A stretch of DNA of 64,000 nt. It comes from Antedon mediterranea (taxonomy: Eukaryota; Animalia; Echinodermata). This document shows, one piece after another, positions 28,101 through 40,100 of this stretch. A program made the translations under genes and the position numbers. The notes beneath the pieces were generated by a model that saw only the letters and a list, made by a program, of their open reading frames with translations, did not search any database and was not told the DNA's origin. The stretch spans positions 20,398,001 to 20,462,000 of the forward strand of contig NC_092671.1 in assembly GCF_964355755.1 (NCBI RefSeq), in the 5' to 3' direction. Positions within the stretch are counted from its first letter, which is position 1; every line of letters begins with the position of its first letter.

Positions 28101-31100
28101 CACTAGCCCGTCATCAGTGCATATATATATATATATATATAAACACAAGAGGCAAAGAACATTAATTCTAAACCGCCCGGTGATATACTGAAATTTAATT
28201 AATTAATTTGAAACGATAAAGATGAGGAAATCTGTGAGAATGAGAAAAAGTCGCTCCAACCGAGACTCGAACTCGGACCGCCTGCTTGATATGCAGATGT
28301 CCTAACCATTAGACCACTATATATAAATTTATCATTTAGGCTTGAACTCTAGGTTTGTTATGATAAAAAAGAACGGCCTAAATATCACCCTTAGTGCACT
28401 TTGCATACCCATTGTTTAATATACATACCATATTTATACATTGCATTGAATCCTGCTGCTTCATTTAAGTAGTCCGAATGGAATAGTATGTACATTGCAT
28501 TATTTAATGATACTACTGAGTTTGGAATAATTGTGCCACATAGTTTGGCTAATCTGTTGGAATTCTCCGTTGGTCCATCATGAATTTCCAGATAATCTAA
28601 ATCACACCTTAATAAACGAAATGAAATGTTTGAATAATTATGTAACATCAACGTCTAAAATATGATTTGGAATGTGAAAGAGTGAAACTATTTTAATTTA
28701 ATTTGTCACTATAACGAATTATAAGTTACATGCATTGATTCAAATAAAGATAATTGAATTTTAAAAGATATATTGATTGATTGATTTTTCAGAATTATTT
28801 ATAATATATGAAGGTATAGGATCTTGCTAACGCAAATACTATAGCAAGTATCACAATCCGATCAAAGTTCCATCTGTGTATGTCATAAACTACCCTGGTT
28901 ACATAATAAAAACATAAGTTACTTTTTCTCTAGATTTCATTATACATCATGTGTATAATCTATACACTACTACTACTTTTGTTTCCCAAGGTGACTCGAT
29001 CTCGGTACCTTGAATGCTATAGACGCGAGCACAGACCACCTAGCCATACACAACTAAAAGTTGAAGAAATATTCCTCCGTGTATTTATTATGCAGTAACC
29101 ACTTTGGTGAAGATAGATTATTACATACCTCAATAAATTGTAATTTTTTTACTATGATGACATCTTTAAAAATGTGTTTGTTGTCAAAGTATATACTTTT
29201 AACTTTAATATATAAACATTTTAAAGAAGTTATATGCGCTACACATGCACTTGAAATTCATGAGTACCAAATTTAGTTTGTGATATATGCTTGCACAGAT
29301 ATGATTACAAACGTGATTTTATTAAATCGACCACATAATTTTTTATGGCGCATCATGAAAACGTAACCACATCGATTCCTGGCTATAAGGGATATACTCT
29401 GAAATGTTGACTTAGCTGGATGAAACTGATCTCAAGAAATAAAAACCAATGCCAAGGAAAGAATAAATAAAGATTCTAACAGAATCAATAAGGTTATATG
29501 CATGATAATGCATATAACTTAATTATGGGAAGATATTTTTAAGCATCAATATACAGTACATTCACTGAAGTAGAGACAAAATACATTATGTAAAAATATA
29601 TCCTTCAATGAAGTGTTTTCTTACTGAGGATTAAATTGAATATCAATCGAAAGAAAGTCAATCTGGATGGCTTGACCAGCTGGAGCGCTAATTGTCCATG
29701 CACATTCTGTACTACTTGGATAGTTATTTGGATAGCCTGGTGATGTAAAATAACCAGACTGTAGCTGGTCATTCAGAATAATGTTATCTCCGCAACCTAA
29801 ACACAAAGAGTATGTATAGATTATATATAAAGCAACAAATAACTTTTACATTTCAGATCATTAGCAGGTCTGGTGAATATTTCATTTATAAACAGAAACC
29901 ACTAAGTAGACCTAGCAATGTTTCAACTATGAAATAATTTAACGTTCCAACTGTGTTGTGTACTTTCTTATATTTAGTAACTTCATTAATGTTAACGCAT
30001 TAAAAAAAATCCTGCATTCCCTGATGGAAAGAGTAGTGTTTATCTAGCTGCTTGTTGGAACATTTTATATAGCAAACAATAATAATAACAATAAAAATGT
30101 CAATCACTTCCACATTGCGAAAAATTTAATTATAAGATTACTTAGCACTTGATCACTACCATAAAATATTGAAAGTGAAGGAAATGTAAATAAAATATCA
30201 AAATTAGACGCCATCTAATTCTGTGTAGATACAAATAGATGTTTACCTGTTTGTAATGCAGTGAATACTATACGGAAACCTCTATTATTGGTGTTTTCAT
30301 CAGTTACCATTTTTACTACCACAAGATTACTACTTGTGGTTAGCATAGTTACACCAACACTACCACAATATTTAGGCTGTCCTAGAGCTGGAGAATTGGT
30401 TGACTCGCCGTTAAAAAACTATTTAAAATAAATAATGTAATGTAACTGTTTTTTTTCCCTTACAGAAAATAAATGTTTGTTATAATTTAATAAGGGTTTA
30501 AAAAATCAACTTCAGATATTTTGTCAGTATTATGAAATATATAAAATACTGAATCCTATGATTATGCTGCAATTCAATGCTTGTGTTCTCCAGTTAGTAG
30601 TATCGCCAAATTTGTTACAAATTGATGTGTTATAACAATCAGCACTAACTGGTTCACCCAAAATCTTAACCTCTGTTTTTATTTAAAAATGTTATACCTG
30701 TAAATAATCGCTGTCACAGTTGGTTGAAGTTTGTAGTTGAAACTCTGTAATGTTAACTTGTATTGTGCGACCTGGACTAACAACAATATGCCACTGGCAA
30801 TCAAGATTATTTGCGTAGTTACTTGGGTAATTTGGTGATGTTAGGACACCTTGATCTGCACGGATTCTACCACCACAATCTAAATAAAACAAATAATTAT
30901 AAAATTATATGATAATAATAACAACTAGAATTTAATTTGTCACCTAGACGAATTGTAGGTGATCATTTTTTTATATTTACTGATTTTTTAAAACATGCAC
31001 GTACGTTAAATATGACCGAAAAATATTGATTCATGCAATCCTATTACCTGATGTATATATGCTTATGGTGCCTAATGTGTCATAGAATATACTCTATACG

Positions 31101-34100
31101 GTACAGTGTACTGTATATCTATATACAGTTTAACATAGGTGAAATTACGGGGAACCACACCATGTTCTAATTTTTTGGTATGATTACGTTTAATCAACTC
31201 GTAATTCTATACAGTACATACGTGTTGTATAATTAGCCTGAAATCCAGTATAATTTACAGATGCATCAGTTTGAAAAACAACTAATAGAGTATTGTCAGA
31301 TGAAACTATTGGACTTCCTACATCACGCCCGCAAAGGTTGGCCAATTGTGGCTGGTCTTGCGAATCTCCTGTAATTAAACATGGAAAACAAAAAATGTAT
31401 TAAACATAGCAATTTATTGTCTAATCTATATATACAAATACAATTCAATACAAATTGTATTTCTTTATTCTTCAATTTTAATAGGGCAAAGTGATGTTAA
31501 AATCAGTTTCTAAAGAAATTAAACTGTTAACAAATAAATCAAGTAAATCATTATCTATGCTCATATTAACACAAAAAAAATGACAGTATTCAATATTAAA
31601 CAATTCCATTATTGATACAATCAGGACATACCATCAAATACTGAAACTGAATCCCAATAACAGGCAGAATGTGATTCCAAATTCATTGTTGTAAACTGAA
31701 GGTACACAGTGGATCCTATGGGTGCATGGATTAACCAGGTACAATCAAGATTAATATCATATCCATAGGGAAATCCAGGTGACTGCAGAATCTGATTACT
31801 TTCTGTAGACTGCAGGTCAAAGTGGCATAACCCTAAAATAACAGCAACAAAAACATTATTTTAATACTTACTATACTGTATACATTTCTGGAAATAAAAA
31901 ATACATTCTTAATGACTTGAATTAAGTCTTCATATCAGACCATATATCGATTATTTTTTTTAAATTCATAAAAAAAAGGTATTCTACATTCAAGAGGCTG
32001 GCACTACAATGTCGAGGCCTTTGCACAACATTCTTAACCCATTATTGTAGCATACCTGAAGAGATCGCAAGGTACCATGATTATAGTTGCACCATAATGT
32101 AGCACATTTACACAATATGTTCTAAATAAAACACATTTCACGTCGACAGAACACATGGTAAATTTTCTGACCAATGAATTGGCTCTGATAACATAGATCT
32201 GCATTACCGCTTTATATCTAATTCATCGCTTAGATCCAAGGAGATACCATGACCAATAACAATTTTAAATAGCTTTTATTGGATGCGTTTAATATGTGTA
32301 TCTTTTTAATACTTTAAACTAAATTCTAAACTTAATAATAAAATATATATTTGCATTAATTCAGTCTCCTCCTCTGTCTGCCCATTGTTTGAACTAAACT
32401 CAGTCTTATTCGCTTCTCCCACATACAGGTATATATTGCTTCAATTGAATTATTATCTATTGGACGTCGAGTTCCGACGGTGCGGCATGGTAGAAATGTG
32501 TGCCCTAGTACAACTGTGGATGTTCAACTTTGTGATTTTTTATACTGTATATCAACAAGTTTCTTTATTAGGGAGTTTCAATTTGTGAAAACCAATGACC
32601 AAACTATGTCATGTCAGTTCATTTTGCGCATGCAGGAATATTAGGATGTGTCCTCGCCCCTCACTTGAAAAACAGGTTTGTTGGGTTTTTAGGTCCAGCT
32701 GATGACCGATGATATGACCTAGGTTTGTAGTGGTGCCCAGTTGTTGCAAATGGAAAGCTCCTCATTTATATTGAATCAGGTCTTATGAACATTAAACATC
32801 ATTTATAATATTACCTGGAGTTGGTGTAGCTCCAATCTCTTGCCATTCAATCAAAAAACCCCTTCCAACAACACTAGAATCTGATAAAAAGTATAAGAAA
32901 GCAACACTACCAGTAGTGTACACTGTAGCTGGTATGGTAGAACCACAAGTCGATAGTAGTACAGCAGAATTTAAATCTGCACCATCATGTATCTGAAAAC
33001 AAAGTCGAATTTTCACAATAAATAAGATCTGCAAACATATAGACATTTGTTTTTTTATATTTTTCTTTTTTTCTTTTCTTTTACACGGCTGAGCTAAAAA
33101 CACACCTGTGTCAGGTTTTGATAAATCTCATTTTTACATCTGAATGAGTAAACCAGGACGGGCATGTATTTAGACTCTTTTTCTGCGCATTATAATTTCT
33201 ACAATTTGTTTCATAACAACAGAAATATGTCTACTTGTAAAGATTAATATTTCTTATCAAATTTAATCATACTAGTTAGTATTGTTGTCATTGTATGTAA
33301 TGAAATACTAAAGTGAGCTGGCAACCAACCAATCAATCAAAGCATGATCAAAATAGAAAATTGTTAAACAAAACACACCTCAAGTACATCATATGGGCAT
33401 AAGTCATTTACACCTGTTTCCAGTTCAAAATCTAGAAATCTCAGTTGCATTATAGCACCAGGAGATACTGTGACAGTCCATCTAAACACTACAGATACAG
33501 GATAAGCTGATGGGTACAGAGGGCTAGATAACTGACCAGTTGTACCTGAATAATCATTTCCCATTTCTACATAAAGAAAAAAAAATGTCAGTAAAGACAC
33601 TTTCCATGCAATTTTGACGTTTTGTAAATACAATGCATACATATATAGAAAGTTTATTCATGTGAAAAGCCACAAAAGGTTTGATGGGCTGATTATGTAG
33701 ATATGGCTAAGATTCAATAATCAATATTGCTGCCGGGTCATATCCTGTAAATTTTCCCTGTGGACAACAAATAGGAGGGGTAAAAAATGGATTTAATCAT
33801 GTGAAAAGCCAAGGATAAAAGTTGTTGGACATTGTCCTCATATGTGTATACAATGGTAAAACAGCAATGACAGCAACTTTATCCTGTAAGTTGACTGAGA
33901 CAGTAGCCCAAAGTGACCACTCAAAAATGGTGTTATTCACGTCAAGAGCCAGACGGCTAATTTCTTTTGCATTGTAACTGTTACACATGCACAAAAATAC
34001 CATTGACAGCAAATTTATCCTGTAAGTTTCCCCAGACAGTAGCCTAAAAATGTCTGTTGACAATCATGTGAAGCAGTGGCCACACGGCAAATTCCTTTTA

Positions 34101-37100
34101 CACTGTAAATAACCTAACTATTATCCTTTGGGATATACGAATACCGTTGACAGCACCTTATCCTGTAAGTTTCCCAAGATAGATACAAGAATTAATAACT
34201 TGAAGAGCCACACGACCTATTGTATAACTTTCCATTGCAGGGGATATACAAAAATACCATTGACAGCAACTTTATTCTGTACGTTGTCAAAGACAGCCTA
34301 CAGATTCTCCAGCCACTACAAGATTTAACCACACAGCAAATTTTTACATTTTTTGGCATTGAAATTATTACCCTTGGGATATACGAAAATACCATTGAGA
34401 TATAAAAAATACATGTGAGCCAGCAGAAAATTTTTACCCAGACAGTAACTCAAACATTTACCATAACACTAAAGATTTAAGCGCGTGAAGAGGCGACTAA
34501 TTCCACTTTATAGGCCTTCAATCTCTAAGTTGGCCCAGACAGTAGCTCATAGACAAGATTTCATCATGTGACAGGCTAACATGGCTAATTCTGTTTTTAT
34601 TGGAACTGTACACATTCAGATACACTCATGACACCTACAACTTTATCCCGTTAGCTTAGTTTCTTGATTACAAAAGCACACTGATTTGAGTAGACAATAT
34701 CAATATTTGCTGTTATAGTATGCCAATTTTCGTCAAAGTGACAATTAAATTCTAGTTTATTTTTGTTTTTGGTATTCTGTATTTTGAAACCATGGATGCT
34801 TTAAAAATCTCGAAAAGAAGCACGCTTTTTTTTTTTCAAGATAATATGGGCTTCTTTTCGAGAGAGACTATTTGAATATCAAAAGAACAGCAGTTATTTA
34901 TGATCAAGTTTATTATTAGGCTATCGATCTCTATAGAGAGCGATAGCCTATTGTTATTGTCAAAAATTTCATTTTTTCTGCTAATTATTTGTTCGCAGCA
35001 GATCTCAAAAACGGCGGTAGCAGTTATGTTGTAACTTGGCCAGCAGATGCACGTATATATGTAGTTGTGCAACAAATTTTGGTTTAATGAAAATATGCTC
35101 GTGTAGCGCAACTTTGCGCAATTTTCTGAAATTTTAAATTGACTATAAATTCAAAACTAACAGCCTTTTTCAAATGAAACTTGGACACACGGATGCTTCA
35201 TGTCAAGGGTCATCTTCCTGCATCATCAGCAAAATTTTGAACATTGGTTTTTGAAAGTTAAAAATGCTCAAAATTGAAAAAATTTGTGTTGTGCGCGCGC
35301 TTTTGCGCACTTAGCCCGTTCGCAGCCTAGAAAGCCTGTTTTTGCGGTTGATTATTGTTTTTTATAATTTTATGATATATTTCTTTCATATTTGATAAAC
35401 TATGAATGCAAAATGACACACATGCATGTCAAACTTTAAAAATCGTGCGCTTGAAAATTGGTAATTTTATGCAAATTTGTGTAAAAATGTGCCTCTTTTT
35501 AATCGATTATAGCTCTCCGGGATGGCTGGTGACCCCCGATTTTTTTAAATTAATATGTAAGCAGATATGTTGTAGATATGAATTAATGCAGAATTTTTAC
35601 CTCTAGGCGGTTGTGACGTCATCGTATGGCCACACGAATGTAAAATATAGGAATTTTGGCTCTTCCGACAAAGTTCGTCACATTCAATAGAGCGCATACC
35701 GCGTAACGTTCAAATTTTCAATATTATATTACTAAAACAATTCCTCTTTAGATTTATGAACTTTTTATTTTAATTTAAAAAGGTCATCATATTCAAACAA
35801 TCAAATAAACATGCGTGGTGTAAAATCAAAACTAACCTAAACCATCAACTAAACCGTTTACAGTTCAGATACCGTCAATACCGCTTATTGAACGACTTTG
35901 ATCAATTTCAGCTGTTCTTTACAATCGTTGTACTGCAGCCTATTGTAGACTAAGCCTAATAAATAGCATGTGCATGTTACGATGCGTTGCGCGATAGCCT
36001 AACTCTTCATCGCGACGAGTTCAAATCTAGTTTTACAGTTTAAAATGGTATTTTGATCACGATAAAAAAACACTCCATTTCATTTATAACCATTTTCTTT
36101 CTAGCGAAGGTAATATTCTCTAAAAAACTTAATACCATATGCCTGCGCACGATTGTGGTTTCTCAATGTTTCTTCTAAATGGCAATGTCTTCGAAACACT
36201 GTCTTAATGGTATCAATGCTACTTTGATAATCTAATTAGTTACACTTTATATTATATTAACCTTAGACTACAATATTCATGATTTTAACAATACGGATTC
36301 TCCTTCTAAAACATGTCTATAATTACAGCTGTAAACTTAACCAATTATGATATCATAACTCAAAAGTACTGATCTTGAGTTTAGTCAGTGCCCAGGTTTA
36401 CAATGCATAAATAGTGCATTTAGTAAACAGACTTGCCTTAGTTATTCCTTACTTCACTTTAATTCTGCATAATATCTATTTCACTGCCCCCTATGAGTAG
36501 GTGAGGGATTTATAACGATTGGATGATGGTCATCGCTACCACTAAACATTGATAGGAGAATAAGAGCCGGGAAACAATATATTTGATGTGATAACTAAAT
36601 GTGAATAATGATCTAGATAGTTATGAATTGTATATCACAGACTATGTAAGATGATGGGACAAAGAAGAAAACGCTGATAATTTAGTTATTATTCGACACA
36701 TTAAATCATTTAGGCATCGATGTTTTTAAATGATCTAATGCTGTATGTTTTCACATAATTACCATATATGTATATATATATATACTGTAATTATTATAAT
36801 TTCGTATAGGTCAATGTGCAACAGTTAAGAAAACAAATTAGCCATTGTCTTCGATTTATTAAATCTAGTAGGTGACCAAAATCGGAAATTTGTCAATGGG
36901 ACTTTTGTATATCCCATGGGTAATAGTTGCAAAAATGCAAAAGGAACTAGCCGTGTGACTCTTCGAATTTTTTAATTGTGTAGCAATATTGATTATTGAA
37001 TCTCAGCTATATATCTACATAATCAGCCCATGAAGCCGTTTGTGGCTTTTCACATGAATAAATTCTCTGGGTGCCTGGTCTAATATTATATAAACCAGGT

Positions 37101-40100
37101 CAATCCTTGTGTTAAATGTACATTTTATGGTTAGGCTTAGTTTTGTAGGCCTAACAGATAAACATCGGTAAAGTACAAACATTGTACGCTAGTTTGCTGT
37201 ATTTATAAACTGTCTAGCTTTTAGCAGAATATATTAATACAAATTAGGGATATTTCCGCTGAAAATTTGCAGTTCTTCCATTTGTTTTGCCTTCACGATC
37301 AAAAGTGGGTGTATCACAGAAGAAAAATTATTTTTACCATTTAAAGAGGAAAACAATTATGGCAATAAGCCCATGTAGTATTTATATTTACATAGAATGC
37401 CGTTTGTGACCTTAAATTAGATTGAAAAAATGTAGGGAATGTGGCTTTAAGATAATGCAGGTTTATATATTTCGACTCCACTGTATTAACTGTAATTAAT
37501 AATTTGTATACCTACTTTGTGCATAAGCAGCCATGAATCCAATACCAGTTCCTGATCCATCAGACACAAATTTTACCCAAAGTGACTGTGTAGATGATAT
37601 ATTAGTTGGAATCGTATTACCACAGATTCGACCAATCAATGTGCCCGTTTCATCTGACTCACGAAACTCCAAATAATCACGTCCACAGTTGGAACTCGAC
37701 TCCATGTCAAAAACACTATCATAAGTGGGAAATCAAAGAGTTATCCAATCTCTACTCTTTATTATAATATGTAGCAGATTCTATTTTTAATATTACAATA
37801 CAATTTCATCTAAATATTATAAAAATAATATTTATGAGTTGAATGGTGTAGAATATTTAATGCATATTTTATACATTTCAAACTCTGGACGTTCAAAAGT
37901 GGGACATATATTGATTGAGATTTTTTTCTGATTAGCCTAAATATTTGGAAGCGAGACAATTCAGAGTTGGGCGAACACAACATCGACATCCGCCAAACAA
38001 AGTCTATAACCATATTAAGCAATTAAATGTTAATGTTTGTTTCTGGCGCTACCCTATTGGACTTAAAGTAGCTACGCACAAACAGTTACATACAATATGA
38101 CATCCTTTGTAGACTTTGTATATTAAGCCATGTTTGTTGTGTATCAAGACATTATGTTATGAAGAATTGTTTGGGTTTGGACTGCCGTAAAAGAAATGAA
38201 AAGGGCATTTATTTTAATCTTCTATACACTTGCTGTGTGCTAAATTCATTGTCCTCTTTCACAACAGGTCAATTTTTCTGGTACTGGTAATGAAAGGTTA
38301 ATGCTAGAGCAAAAATACATAATTACAGTAATTTTTAATAAATGTGTTGAAAAACATTTTTCTTGATTTTTTTTATTGATTTTTTATTTTTTAAATATTT
38401 ATTTGTAGTTGTTTAATTTATTTACCTCCGCCAAGGAGGTATATGTAATCGGTAGCGTGTGTTTGTTTGTTTGTTTGTTAGCAGGATTACTCAAAAAGTA
38501 ATTACAAGATCTTTACCAAAATGAATAGACATATAGATATGTGGTCAAGGACCATTCCATTAAATTTTGGGACCATTTGGGACCACAGTCCCAATTCTGG
38601 ACCACTTTTTAGTATACTTTTTTAGACCTGCTAGTGTTAAAAGATAGGACAGAATTTTTCAAAAGCCGGCGAGCAATCTTAAAGTAACAAGTAAACTGAA
38701 ATTGCATTTTCTCGAGAACTACTTGTCCAAAAAACTTCATTTTTGAACAAGAGGCAAGAGTTATAATTTGTGATTTGTAATTTTAAAACATAATCTGATT
38801 TAAAAATTTAATAATTTAAAAAACCTATTTCTTTTCAAATTCACTCGTTTGATTTTCGCGTTGCTGTTCTATTGTTAGTCCACTGAAGCTATTGTTAATT
38901 GAAAGGCTTGTTACATAACCATTACACCAAACTCGCATACACATGCTTGTAATGAAATTAGCCTAAATCACAAACAGCATTAAGACACGCACAAATATAT
39001 ATATATTTTTTTTTTACCAGAGAAATCTTATGTAGGAGAATTTTACAGTAGGCGGAGGTATGCCCTCTCGGAGTGACTTTCTAGTTTATGAATACATTCT
39101 GTTAGTAGCGAGTTTCCTCCCATTGAATGTTTCCGGAAAACGATCTATTTCTAATTTAATTATGGAATGAAAATGTTATACTGTATATTTAAGTGGTCAA
39201 ACAAACACAGCACAATGTGTAACTAGAAAGCCTCTCCGAGAGTGCATACCTCCGCCTACTGTAAAATTCTCCTACATAAGATTTCTGTGGTAAAAAAAAA
39301 AATATATATATTTCTGTGTGTCTTAATGCTGTTTGTGATTTAGGCTAATTTCACTACAAGCATGTGTATGCAAGTTTGGTGTAATGGTTATGTAACAAGC
39401 CTTTCAATTAACAATAGCTTCAGTTGACTAACAATAGAACAGCAACTTGGTTTTTAAACTACTCGCATCAAAAAACGTGCACATTAAATCAGATTATGTC
39501 TTAAAATTACGAATCACAAATTATAACTCTTGCTTCTTGTACAAAAAAGAAGGTTTTTGGACATGTAGTTCTCGAGAAAATGCAATTTCAGTTTACTTGT
39601 TACTTTAAGACTGCTCGCCGGCTTTTGAAAAATTCTGTCCTATCTTTTAACACTAGCAGGTCTGAAAAGTATACTAAAAAAGTGGTCCAGAATTGGGACC
39701 ATGGGTCCCAAATGGTCCTTGACCACATATCCATCTGTATATTCATTTTGGTAACGATCTTGTAATTACTTTTTGAGTAATCCTGCTAACAAACAAACAA
39801 ACAAACACACGCTACCGATTACATATACCTCCTTGGCGGAGGTAAATTAAAAGGTAAACATCTTGACAATCGACTACTTGTATACTAAATTTAAAAAAAA
39901 AATTTTTTTGCGTTTGGAAAATACAACAGCGCCACCTTTATTTGGTCATTTATTGACATAATTAATGCGTTTATAAAATCCATATAAATAATGATATTTA
40001 ATATAATTATTAAAAACCAAATGATACTATTTTAATCAATGTGAATCAAATATAGGCCTTGACTAGGTCTACCTTTTATTTGATTCAAGACAGGAATCTA

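Noticed and set aside
33379-33566. CUB domain lacking its first cysteine pair as a novelty
   Set aside because: It matches the recalled atypical CUB13 of cubilin, so it supports orthology rather than novelty.
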